Part shown: positions 1 through 14,463 of the stretch, piece by piece
Layout of the letters: every line of letters starts with the position of its first letter
How positions within the stretch are numbered: position 1 is the stretch's first letter
Assembly (NCBI RefSeq): GCF_028641065.1
Contig: NC_073411.1
Location: 7,378,001-7,442,000 of the forward strand
DNA: 64,000 bases
Direction: 5' to 3'
Source: Leucoraja erinacea
Taxonomy: Eukaryota
Translations under genes and position numbers: made by a program
The notes under the pieces: model-generated
Told to the model about the DNA's origin: nothing
What the model saw: the letters and a program-made list of their open reading frames with translations, nothing else
Database searches by the model: none

Positions 1-489
1 CAGCACCCGTGGTCAGGATCGAACCTAGGTCTCCGGTGCTGCAAGGCAGCAACTCTACTGCTGCCCCACCGTGCCACGCTGAGTTGGGCAGCATCTCTGG
101 AGAAAATAGATAGGTGACATTTCGTGTCGGGATACTAAAACGTCACCGATCCAAGTTCTCCAGAGATTCTGTCTGACCCGCTGAGTTACCACTCCAGTCC
201 TTTTGTGCAAACCAGCTCCTGTAGTGCCTTGTTTCTATGCACCAAGCACAGCTAGCGATATAATCTGTAATCCTCAAGCTTAGATTTGTAGTGGCTGGGT
301 TAGGTAGTCTCTGGCATGCCTGGGCAGCTTAGTCTCGCTTGCAATAGGCGACCGTCGCCAGTAGGTGGCATGATGTGCACCACCCTAGTCCAGAATTAAC
401 TAGTCAATGGACCTGAACCTCCAGCAATATTCAGTTTTACTGGCACAAGCAGGATGGATGGGCTGAATGGCGTCCAGCCATATCAACTA

Positions 490-1325
<836 letters not shown>

Positions 1326-1417
1326 ACGGGACTGGCGCACTCCTTGCTCACTGAACAACTTCCGCCTGCAACACTGACGTTGAGCCAGTCACAGCGCCAG
1401 GTGGAAGAGGGCTCCGC

Positions 1418-1667
1418 CATAACCAGCCGCCTGCCCCTTTTCCGGGGTTACGTCTGAGCCCGGGTGGTTTTTAGAGGGACTACGCGCTGTCCATGGGCAC
1501 CCTCGGGGATTTCCGGGACCACTGGGGGTGGAATGTATCCTTAATAAGGATAGTGAAATAGTTAGTTAAAGTTCAGTATCATTGTTTCACTTGTACTATG
1601 ATGGTGGGTTTGGTTGAATTGTTTACTATTGTAAATAATTGAATAAATCTAATTTTAGTATAAAAAA
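1418..1667 (+). mobile_element. Tx1/L1-type LINE 3' end
   Basis: CLPLFRGYV-like C-terminal coding remnant, T-rich 3' UTR, AATAAA and a short A tail. Confidence 0.6.
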
Positions 1668-2384
1668 CACTGCAGTTGCCCCGAATGGAAATGCAGCTTA
1701 ACTAAACCGTGACGCGTTTGCGGAATGGGGCTGCACTCAGTGAACTCAGATAACGGACGGAAAAACCTCAGCTCAATCTGTGGTCACTTTTCCGGTCAAT
1801 TGATCTGGGGAAAATAGTCTTGAGTCTCGCCGCAGAAGACGGGCCATTAATATCAGTGTCAGTACTGGGGTGATAACCACAATCCACCGGCCCTGTGGTC
1901 AGACCTCTCATCCACCTTTCAGGGCAGTGAAATCCTTACTCAGTCTGGTCTGTGAACAACCCACCGAGTCCGCGTTGACCTGCGATCTCCGTACGCCGAC
2001 ACCATCCTACACGCTAGAGACAATTTAGTTTTACCGAAGCCAATTAACATATTCTGTTGTGCAGCTGAAAGTAGGAATTTCATTGTTTCATCTGGGACTT
2101 GTGACAGGAAAGCATTCTGGACTTGTTTATTACAGCGCGGAAACAGTCCCGTCTGCCAACTGAGTCCGCGCTGTACACTAGCACTATCCTGGCCCCATAG
2201 CAGAAGAGTCCACGTCACGGGGCTGGAAACTGCAAGTATCCCGAGCTAATTCTGCTACCACCATCATCTATTGCAACAAGTGATGGCTCCCACTGATTGC
2301 CGCCAGAAGCTTGCGTCCTTTTCAGGACGGACAATGACAGCGATGTCAACATTTGAAACATGGAAGATAGGCACGAAAGAAGAA

Positions 2385-2600
2385 GCACTATACTACACAT
2401 TTGGGACAATTTACATCAGCCAGTTAACCGACAAACCTGCCCGTCTTCCGAGTGTGGGAGGAAACCAGAGCACCTGGAGAAAACCCATGTGGTCAGAGGG
2501 AGAATGTACAAACTCCGTACAGGCAGCACCCAATGTCAGGATCGAACCCGGGTCTCTGGCACTGTGAGGCAGCGACTCTAACCCTGCACCACTGAGGCAC
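2385..2600 (-). mobile_element. V-SINE (HE1-like tRNA-derived SINE)
   Basis: tRNA-like head with GGTTCGATCC B-box and the V-domain GGAGTTTGTACATTCTCCC...CTCCCACAC. Further copies at ~1-75, 3930-4110, 6240-6390, 25440-25725, 57400-57500, 60540-60815, 61430-61565 and 63480-63630. Confidence 0.8.
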
Positions 2601-2702
2601 CTCTGACACAGGATGACCTGACCTGACATAGGAATGATCCCCACCAACAATAGTGTTGGCTCAAAGGGATATTCCCAGTAAATCACTCAATTGGAGCTGC
2701 TA

Positions 2703-3712
<1,010 letters not shown>

Positions 3713-3732
3713 TAACCCCCACCGACGGCTCA

Positions 3733-3852
<120 letters not shown>

Positions 3853-5138
3853 TCAAACTTAAAGCTATCCCATCATTACCTTAACATTTATATACAACTT
3901 CTGGCACTCAATGGACGAGTGCAAATAGGGCAGTCTTACAGCACCAGTGATGAAGGTTCGAACCCGACTATGGGTGCCACTTGTCTGTGTGGAGTTTGAA
4001 CTTCCGTTTCCTCCCACACTCCACAGGCGTCCCTTATGCGTGTAGGATAGTGTTAATGTGCTGGGATCGCTGGTTTGTCTATTTTGAACTGGAAGGGCTG
4101 TGTATCTATAAACTATATTAAATTGGTGCTACTGGTGTTGTGTGGAGTCTGCACGTTCTCCCTGTGATCATGAGAGTTCCCACCAATTGCTCTAATTACC
4201 ACCAACATCCCAATAACATAGGGATGGCAAAATAGGATGGTGGAAACAAATTCAACGGTAACTTTCGGATGAGAAAAACCTGGCAATCTGACACAATTAT
4301 TTGCATGTCTGCAGGGAAAAAACAGACAAAATGGATCAACCTCAGTAAAATATTATTGGGCAGAGTGCATGTGATTTAACAATAGCGCACAAGATCTGAG
4401 AGGACTTTGTTAAATTTAACTGCAGATACCAAAATCTGTGTGAATCCACTGAAGTTCGGGGTGTCAAAAAAGGAACAAAGTGTTGGAATAATTCAGCAGG
4501 TAAAACAGTGTCTGTTGAGAACATGGATGGGCAACGTTTTGGGTTTTGGGGACGTTCTACAGATTGATTCTGTGTGTGTTTAAAAGAGGGAAGAGAAGAA
4601 AGCTGGAAGAGAGAAAAGGCTGGAATGGTTAGGTGTGAGAATGAGAGATCAAAGGAAACGGAGTTCAAGGAAAATGTAGAATAGATCATGGTTAGCTGGG
4701 GGATGGTAACAACGAGGTGTACAAAGTAAAATTTAATCAGGAGGACTGTCAAATTGGTCAGAGAAATAGGATGGGGGAGAGATGGAGAGAGGTTGATACA
4801 GGTGGTGGGGGGCTGATAGGAGGACGGTGGACAAATACCAGAGATGAAAAGGCAGAGGATGGGAGACAAAAGCATTAAAGAGCCGCAAATTGTGAAGCGA
4901 GAGGAAGAAATGTAGCTGGAAGGGGGGGGAGGGGAGTAATAGGTGCAAATCCAGTGAGGCACAGGAGAGGGAAGGCTGGGGATTGGGAGGGTGACGCATA
5001 ATTTAACCCCAAACGGCAACACAATGGACTTTGTACCCAATATGGGACTATTCTGTTTAACATGAAATGCTGGTGGACGCTCAGTCCGAATCAAGGTTGC
5101 CGTTGGTAGATTTTTGGACACCAATGAATGGGAAATCA

Positions 5139-5330
<192 letters not shown>

Positions 5331-6019
5331 TTAGAACCAGCGGTCAGTTATCACTCAATACAATGTCCTTCTAAACCCAGAATGTTCTGCTTTTAGTGAT
5401 GCTCAAGGAAGACGGATAACTACTCAGTTTACAGATCTGCTAACCTGGGTTTACCAATCCATTTTGGGGAAAGTTTAGTTCAGAGGTGCAGCATGGAAGC
5501 CGCCCCTTCGGCCCAAAGCACCATCGAGTTTGCGTTGACCATGATCACTTGTACATTAGTCTGGACCACGGGCCCAATGCACGACATCGTCGGGAGCTCG
5601 CAGGTCACAGGTTGGTGACCTGTTCTCCGGAGCTCTCGCAACAACAGCTGCGTCCGCCGGACTGGAGGGCCGCAGCTTCGACCACCCCGGGCCGCGGAGT
5701 TCGGATTCAGCCGCGGGACTGACATTACTTACCATCGCCCGGCAGGGTCACAACATCTGAAGCCTGGATCGCTTCGGCGCAGAGGGAGAATAAGGGAAGA
5801 GACAAAGACTTAAGACTTTTGCCATCCATCACAGTGAGGAGGTGCCTGGTGAACTCACTGTGGTGGATGTTAATTTGTGTTTATTGTGTGTTTTTGTCAT
5901 CTTTACTATATGCAGGACTGCAAGGCAACAACATTTCGTTCAGACAATAAAGGCTACTTTGACAGTCATATCCTAGACACATGGGGGACAATTTACAGAA
6001 GTCAATTAACTTACAAAAC

Positions 6020-6240
6020 TGAGATAGGCACAAAAAGCTGCAGTAACTCAGCAGGACAGGCAGCATCTCTGGTGAGAAGCAATAGGTGACGTTTCGGGTC
6101 AAGACCCTTCTTCAGAGTCTAAAGAAGGGTCTCGACCCGAAACGCCACCCATTCCTTCTCTCCAGAGATTCTGCCTGAGTTACACCAGCCTTCTGTGTCT
6201 ATCTTCATTTTAAACCAACACCTGCAGTTCCTTCCTATAG
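6020..6240. mobile_element. Palindromic PLE-derived mini-element nested in a V-SINE
   Basis: Two inverted copies of the GCTGGAGTAACTCAGC...GACCCTTCTTCAG repeat plus a CATCTGCAGTTCCTTC-type tail; SINE sequence on both sides. Confidence 0.8.
6088..6115 (-). ncRNA. Minimal hammerhead ribozyme motif (sense to PCNA pre-mRNA, intron 1)
   Basis: Minus strand reads CTGAAGA-A-GGGTC-TT-GACCC-GAAA-CG-TC. Confidence 0.6.
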
Positions 6241-8479
6241 AATTTACAAACCTGCACGACTTCGGAATGCGAGAGGAAACCAGAGCACCTGGAGAAAACC
6301 CTCACGGTCACAGGGAGAGCGTGCAAACACCGGTGCATACAGCACCCGAGGTTAGAATCGAACCTGGTACTCTGGCAAAGTAGGGAAGCAAATCTTAAGG
6401 AAGCTGTTCCACGCTTACAAACCTGGCTCCCTCTCCTGATGCTGCCTGATCCAGGGAACATTGTCCATCGCCAGTTTCTGCTTTCTAACATCTGCACAAT
6501 TTACGTCAGTTTTAGGAATATATAGGCACCCAGTACCCGGAAGGATCAAATAATCTATCCAGATCATTATTCATCTTATAGGATGCACACAGTCCATCGC
6601 CTAGTAACCCACCACCACTTTGGTGAAGATGACTTTTGAGGGTCGTTGGGTGTGAGAATAGGATATTCTGCACTGTCTCCCATTGAGTCTATACAAGCTC
6701 TTTGATCAATCTCATCTCACCATCTATTTATTCCCACATGATCCTCAACCTTCAACCTCAACCATTGATTACCAACCAATTACATATTTGGTGCAATTTG
6801 AAACCATTTTCAAAATAGATCAGCCACCATCGATTGGCAGGCAAGACTCTGTGGGCGTAATTTCTGCTCCTACGTCTTATGGTCTACACTGACGATGTCT
6901 TGGATCATGGAAGGATGCTGGAGCAGCTGGAAGAATCCCATTCAGTCACAGGGATAACGTACAGATCCACACATATAATGCCAGAAATCAGGATCGAACA
7001 CGGGTCAGTAGATGCACGCGGCTGCAGTTCTACCAGCTGCACCATCCACGGCGGTTTGAAGAGGTCATACGGTAGGCAAAACGCATGCTAGCATCGAGTA
7101 TGAGAAATTCTCTTTTACAGATACATTTTAACCATTGGTCCATAGACATTTGTTCATGTTATCGGAACAGATTAGGCCATTCAGCCCATCAAGCCTTCTC
7201 TGGCATTCAATCATGCCGTTCTCTATTTCCCTCTCAACCCCATTCTCCTGCCTTCTCCCCATAACCCAACATCCATGGGCAAATAAATGCACAAAGTAGG
7301 AGCAGGCACAGGGCCTCAAATCTGCTCAGCCTCCACTGATACCATAACCTCAATGCCACGTTCCAACCTACCCTTGCCCGCCAACTCTTCGGTGAAACTA
7401 TTCAGAATCAGTCTGAAGGTCCCGACCTGAAATATCACCCATACATGTTCTCTGGAAACTCCAGCATTTGGTGTCCTTTTGTGTAAACCACCATCTGCGG
7501 CTCCTTGTTTCTACATCTATTGCCCTTTGAGGTAGATTGGCAAATACTTACGATTCTCTGCAAGAACAAAAAGCTACCCGCCTTAAACAGGGGACTGCTT
7601 ATTACTTTTGTCATCATTTGAACTTGAATCTCCCACGAGAGAGAAAACATCTTCTCCCCATCAAGACCCCTTAGAACTTGTCTATTTCAAGCAATCTTTG
7701 GTTTAATTGCAAAGACGCACTCAACAGCCAACTTATTCATTACTCTGAAGATAGACACAACATGCTGAAGTAACTTGGCAGGACAGGCACCATCTTCTTC
7801 AGCAATAACTCAGCCGGTCTGATAACATCTCTGGAGAAAAGGAATAGGGACAGGCACCATCTTCTTCAGAAGGGTCTCGACCGAAACAGCACCCATTCCT
7901 TCTATCCAGAGATGCTGCCTGTCCCGCGGAGTTAAGGCACAAAATGCAGGAATAATGCAGGCACAAATAGACACAAAATGTATGATATCTGTCTGTTGCC
8001 TGTCCCGCTGAGTTACTCCACCATTTTGTGTCCATCTTCGATTTAAACCAGCATCTGCAGTTCCTTCCCACACATTATCCTCCTCTTTACACTCAAGAGA
8101 TCTGGATGAAATATGGAGTCAGGTCGTTGGCCTAACACCATCTACATTAAAGGTGGATAGTCACACAAAGCTGGAATAACTCAGCCGGTCTGATAACATC
8201 TCTGGAGAAAAGGAATAGGTGACATTTCGGGTTGAGCACCCCTGGAGAACATTACGGGTCGGAACCCTCTCTCCCTCCCCTTCTTAAGACCGAGTGGAGG
8301 CAAATAACTGGGGGCTACACAGTAACAAACGTGTCTGTGCAGGAAATTGCTTGGAAGGAGGGGGAGGGGGGGGTTAATACAGGACAGGAGGCATCATCCA
8401 ACAGTCAAAAAAAACAAACGAGAGGAAAATTAAAAAGCTAATTTGAGTTCGCAACGTGATTGAAACTAAATCTCCCCGC

Positions 8480-8580
8480 TTTTTGAATGAAATGTAACAA
8501 GTCTGGGCAGGTTCCCGCCAACCCGGCCTTTGTCGTTTCGCGCGCAAGTGACGTCACAGCCGGTCCGGTGGCGCCTTTTT
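8480..8580. promoter_or_regulatory. PCNA intron 1 CpG-rich E2F/CRE module
   Basis: TTCCCGCCA (8512-8520), TTTCGCGCG (8536-8544) and the palindromic CRE TGACGTCA (8549-8556) in a small CpG-rich patch. Confidence 0.65.
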
Positions 8581-8951
8581 GTAACAAAAACGGAGGGAAA
8601 TGTCGGGGGCAGGTTTGGAAAAATAAAACCCCATGTCCCAGCCACACATCCACAAACATGCTGAAGTAATGTTACACACACACGGGTAAAAGTCAGTGAC
8701 ACTCACTCGACTACTAGCCGCTGCAACCATTGTAGCAATAAACACACAAGTTGCACAAAAACGCTACATGCATTTGGACCACTATGTAACATTTCCCAAG
8801 TTTAGATATAAGCCTTGAATCTAAAGCATATACATGATGCTTTTTTGGGGTGAGTGGATGTCATATTCCAAGACAGGACCCCATTTTCTCGGTGTATTTA
8901 ACATAGAATAGTGTTTTTAAATTTATTTTTTCTCTTGCAAACGTTACGTTA

Positions 8952-9360
<409 letters not shown>

Positions 9361-9477
9361 ATTTAAAAATTATGGACCTAAAAATAAATTTTGAAAACCC
9401 TCATTATTTGAATCACATTTTCCTGATACTAACTCAATTAATATTAATATGAAGGGTTTCGGCCCGAAGCGTTGCCA

Positions 9478-9870
9478 GTAATGTTTGTGGCTGCAGGCGT
9501 CGGTACTTTAGAAGCTATCCTAAGAAATCACATGTATAAATTCCCATTTGCAAGATAAATGACTAAAAATGTTATTATTGTGGCTTTGTCAAAATAAGGG
9601 TTAGCACTACACGCTACGAATCCCAGCTGTGGGGACACTGGTATCGTTGTCTCATTGTAGGACATTGATCATTCTTTTAATCTGGATTTTTAATTCATGT
9701 ATTGTGTTTTTAAAAAATATATAATTTATGATGCTTTTATAAGTGATACACTAAGATTTTATATGTACTTTATGATATATTTTTTAATATGCAATGCATT
9801 TTTTTAATGTAATGTTGCCCCTTGTCTGGACCTCGAGTCCGTAATAAAGTTTATTACTATTATTATTATT
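9478..9870 (+). mobile_element. LINE 3' end (RTE-X-like) nested in a PLE mini-element
   Basis: Remnant MFVAAGVGTLEAILRNHMYKF...LWGHWY, AT-rich UTR, AATAAA and a (TTA)n tail. It splits a PLE repeat (9451-9478 / 9870-9926). Clade assignment is from memory. Confidence 0.55.
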
Positions 9871-11673
9871 TCCTTCGCTGCATAGGTGCTTCCTCACCCG
9901 GAGTTTCTCCAGCATTTTTGTCTACCTAATATTAATATTAATTGAGTCTCAAGCAAAGTCCTGGCACGATACGTCACCCAATCTTTTTCTCCCCGCTGAG
10001 ATACTCCAGCTTTTCGTGTGTAAGCCAGTACCTGCAGTTATTTTCTGCACATATTAAGACTTATTCCTGAAAATTGACAGTTGCAAATTCAAAGCAAACG
10101 ATGTAAACATCTTTTAGATTGTAAAACACTGTGTTAGTCCCTGCTTAATTTGCTCGTTTTCTACTGCTCAAAGGTCTAATCGGAAATGTACAATGAGCAA
10201 ACATTATCTGTTCATGTCTGAATCGTCTTCTAACCTTTTGGCATGTAAGAATTGTCTGCTAACCTTTTTGCTGTCAGTTAGTTGTTCATCAGTTGAAAGG
10301 AAATAGCGATATTGTATAGTTATATATTAGAATTTACAACAAACTGTCAGATGCATTAGAGTCCACTTAGACACCAGAGGGTGCTGCAATCTGGAGCAAC
10401 AAATGATCTGCTATCCAGCATCCTTCTACCACCACCCTAAGCACCTTTCTTTCCACTCGTCCTGCTCCCACTACCCACCTCCCACTATTCCAGATCCCCC
10501 ATTTTTTTATCCCCTCCCCTTCCCTTTCCTCCGCTCTCCTTTCCACCCACCCTTCCCCACTTATTATCTCCAGCCATGGTTCGGTCCAACTTTGGTTACC
10601 ATCTGCCTTTCCCCCCTCCCATCTGGCATCTGTCAAGCAACCACTTCACCTAGATTCACCTATCACTTGCCAGCCCTTGGCCCACTTCACCTCTCTACCA
10701 GCTATCTCATTTCTACTACATCAGCCTGAAGAAGGGTCCCGACCTGAAACGTTGCCTGTACATTTCCTACCACAGATACTGTCTGAGTTCTTCCAGCAGT
10801 TTGTTTTTTACTCATGGACACAGTCCTCCCCAACATTAAAAGCGTCCACATGAGATGTTGCCTCAGGAAGGTGGCGTCTATCATCAAGGATCGTAACCAT
10901 CTGGGCCAAGCCCTCTTCCTGCTACTACCATCCGGCAGAAGGCACAGAAGCCTGATGCCCCATGGAACCATGTTCAGGAACAGCTACATTCTTAATGAAG
11001 AAGAGTCTCGACCTGAAATGTCACATATTACTTTTCTCCAGAGATGCAGCCTGTCCCGGCGAGTTACTCCTGTGGTGTCTGTAAAGATTTTCATTGTACC
11101 TTTATCTCACCGTACTGGTGCATATGACATTAAACTCGACTTGATCCATATAACCTCTAATGCAATTGGAGAACAATTCGACAACCATATCACAATGCAG
11201 ATAGATAGACACAAAATACTGGAGTAACTCACAGATCTCTGGAGAGCATCTCTGGAGAGAAGGGATGGGTGATGTTTCGGGTTGAGACTCTTCTTCAGAC
11301 AGTGAGTCAGGGGAGAGGTAGATTAGAGATATGGAAGGGTAATGTGTGAAAATGGCAGATCAAAGCAGATGATCATCATTCAAAATGTAGAATGATTCAT
11401 TGTTAGCTGAGGGAAAGGTGACCAGGAGGCACACAAATAAGAATTGGCACTTTCATTTCACTGCACATCTCGTATGTGTATGTGACGAATAAACTTGACT
11501 TAACTTGACTTGACTTGAAGAAAATGAATCAGGAGGGCAGTGAAACTAGTCAGAGAACTAGGGTGGGAGAGGGACGGAGAGAGCGGGAAAGCAAGTGTTA
11601 CTTGAAGTTAGAGAAGTCAATATTCATACCACTGGGTTGTAAGTTGCCCAAGTTTCACTGTGTCCTGCATTTA

Positions 11674-12290
11674 GGAGGACCATTGCCCTGGTGTTGGGAG
11701 GACCATTGACCAGTGCTCTGCCCCGACCCCTGGTGTTGGGAGGACCATTGCCCTGGTGTTGGGAGGACCATTGGCCAGTGCTCCCCATCGCCCCCTGGTG
11801 TTGGGAGGACCATGCTCCCCATCGCCCCCTGGTGTTGGGAGGACCATGGGCCAGTGCTCCCCATCGCCCCCCTGGTGTTGGGAGGACCATTAGCCAGTGC
11901 TCCCCATCGCCCCCCTGGTGTTGGGAGGACCATGGGCCAGTGCTCCCCATTGGCCAGTGCTCCCCATCGCCCCCTGGTGTTGGGAGGACCATGGGCCAGT
12001 GCTCCCCATCGCCCCCTGGTGTTGGGAGGACCATTGGCCAGTGCTCCCCATCGCCCCCTGGTGTTGGGAGGACCATTGCCCTGGTGTTGGGAGGACCATG
12101 GGCCAGTGCTCCCCATCGCCCCCTGGTGTTGGGAGGACCATTGCCCTGGTGTTGGGAGGACCATGGGCCAGTGCTCCCCATCGCCCCCTGGTGTTGGGAG
12201 GTCCATTAGCGGGTGCTCCCCTGGTGGGAGGTGCTCTGCCGCGACCCCTGGTGTTGGGAGGACCATTAGCGGGTGCTCGTCATCGCCCCC
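11674..12290. repeat. Minisatellite directly upstream of CDS2 exon 1
   Basis: About 15 copies of CCCTGGTGTTGGGAGGACCAT, arranged as ~42-nt units (with GGCCAGTGCTCCCCATCGCCC added) mixed with 23-nt units. Confidence 0.95.
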
Positions 12291-12610
12291 CGTCGGCCGG
12301 GACGACCGGACAGGACAGGACAGGAGCGGAGCTGTCGGTCGGCAGACAGACAGACAGACAGTGCGGGTGGATGCCAGGCGGTTCGCCCAGGAGGTGCGGC
12401 TTTCTGTGACTCCCGCTGCCGGGGCCTGGAGTTGGTCAGCGGGCGAGAGCCGGAGCGGAGGCGCGGGATCGGCAGCGAGCGGCAGCGGACGGGCGGAGAG
12501 CGACATGGCGGAGCTGAGGCGCAGGGCCCGCGATGATTCGCAGGATCTGCTGGTGAGCGACGCGTGCGGGATGAAGGGGCGCTCTGCCCCGGCCCGGACT
12601 CGGGCCCAGC
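12230..12610 (+). promoter_or_regulatory. CpG island / CDS2 5' region
   Basis: High GC and CpG density around the ATG, with short (GGACA)n and (GACA)n runs at ~12308-12360. Confidence 0.75.
12505..12552 (+). CDS. CDS2: CDS2 exon 1
   Basis: GACATGG Kozak context in a CpG island; encodes MAELRRRARDDSQDLL (cf. CDS-family M-x-ELR-x-R start); donor CTG|GTGAGC. Confidence 0.88.
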
Positions 12611-14165
12611 CCCCCCCCCCATCCCTGTTTTCCCCCATCCCTTAACATCCCCCATCCCTGGTTGCCCCATATCCTTAACTCCCCCCCCCCCTCCCCTTTA
12701 GGCCCCCCCTTTAGTTGCCCATTCCCTTTAACACTTTACCCCCATTCCCCATTCCCCCCCCCCCCCCCCCCCCCCCCTTTATTTTCTCCCCCCATTCCCT
12801 TTACCCCCCCCCCCCCCCCCCCCCCCCATTCCCTTTATTACCCCCCCCCCCATTCCCTTTTCTCCCCCCCCCATTCCCTTTTCTCACCCCCCCCCCCATT
12901 CCCTTTACCCCCCCCCCCATTCCCTTTAGCCCCCCATTATTCCCTTTATACCCCCCCCCCCCTTTCCCTTTACCCCCCCATTCCCTTTACCCCCCCCCAT
13001 TCCCTTTACCCCCCCATTCCCCCCCTCCCCCATTCCCTTTAAACCCCCCCCCATTCCCTTTACACCCCCCCCCCATTCCCTTTACCCCCCCCCCATTCCC
13101 TTTAACCCCCCCCCCATTCCCTTTACCCCCCCCCCATTCCCTTTACCCCCCCCCATTCCCTTTACCCCCCCCATTCCCTTTACCCTCCCCCATTAGCCCC
13201 CCCATTACCCTCCCCCCCTTCCCATTACCCCCGCCCCCCATTCCCTTCCCCCCCCCCCATTCCCTTTACCCCCCCATTCCCTTTACCCCCCCCCCCCCAT
13301 TCCCTTTAACCCCCCCCATTCCTTTTTATTTCCCCCATTCCCTTTATTTCCCCCCCCCCCCCCCCCCCATCCATTTTACATCCCCCCACTGCCTTTACAC
13401 CCCTTTTCCTCGCCCCACTTGTCCTTTCTCACCCCCTCCCCCATTCCCTTTACCCCCCCCCCATTCCCTTTACCCCCCCCATTCCCTTTAGCCCCCCATT
13501 GCCTTTACACCCCCATTGCCTTTTACCCCCCCATTGCCTTTACAAACCCCCATTGTCGTTTCCCTTTCGCCCCTCCCCCTTTCCCTTTACCTCCCCCATT
13601 CCCTTTACCCTCCCCCATTCCCTTTACCCTCCCCCAGTCCCTTTACCACCCCCATTCCCTTTACCCCCTCCCCCATTCCCTTTACCCCCCCCCCCCCCCC
13701 CTCCCCCCCCCTTTCCCTTTCCCCCCCATTCCCTTTCCCCCCCATTCCCTTTCCCCCCATTCCCTTTATTCCTTTATACCCCCCCCCCCCCCCCCCCATA
13801 TTTCATTTTCTCCCACTCAATCTCTTTTCTCGCCCCAAATTGTGTCCCACCCCCACCCCCCCCCGTTCCTTGCCCTCCCCATTCCCTCTCCCATCCCCTG
13901 ATGCCCCCCTCATTCTCTGGTGTTCCCTTCTATTCTCTGGTTGCCCCTTTCCCCTTTTTTTCACACCCCCACCCGTTTCTATGTCCCCCATTCACTGTCT
14001 TTCCCCCTCCTCCGATTCCTTGGTGTTCTCCCCCCCTCATTCGCTGGTTGCCCCATTCCCTTGTCCACCCACCTACCTGCTATTCTCCGCTCCCATTCTC
14101 TGGTTGCCCTCCCTGTTCCCTGATTTCCCCCCTCCCAGTTCTCTCATCCCTCTCCCCATCCCCTC
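12610..14165. repeat. C-rich low-complexity tandem repeat (Cn-ATTCCCTTTA)n at the start of CDS2 intron 1
   Basis: Dozens of units of CCCCCCATTCCCTTTA with variable C runs, decaying toward 14165. Confidence 0.95.
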
Positions 14166-14463
14166 ACCAGTTTTTCAGATTGTTGGAAGGCAGAATGATG
14201 TCATGGTAAATGTGCTGCCAACCCCTTTCACATACAAGTCAAGCTGTCGCCAGCTGCTCCCCACAGATGATCTGTTTGTTCGAAACCTTGACCTAGTTAA
14301 AGGTTAAATATTTACTACTCGGGAAATCTGTGCAGATTCAGTACAAGCACAGTTTTTCCACATGGCTCAGAGCCTTGGTACCCATGTGTCGGAAGGAACT
14401 AGAGATGATAGTTTACACTGAAGCTGGACAAAATGCTTGCGTAACTCAGCGGGACAGGTAGCA

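Noticed and set aside
7937-8010. Odd sequence shared with 21287-21360 (CACAAAATGCAGGAATAATGCAGGCACAAATAGACAC)
   Set aside because: Embedded in PLE-derived repeats both times; most simply a repeat subfamily variant, not a gene-related duplication.
11624-12645. 170-327 aa repetitive ORFs on both strands and a superficially CRISPR-like array
   Set aside because: A tandem minisatellite whose unit lacks stop codons. The 'spacers' are identical, the context is eukaryotic and there are no cas genes. Only 12505-12552 is coding.
12662-14307. Long proline-rich (extensin/formin-like) ORFs
   Set aside because: By-products of the C-rich repeat: open in several frames, no credible start or splice context, and inside CDS2 intron 1.
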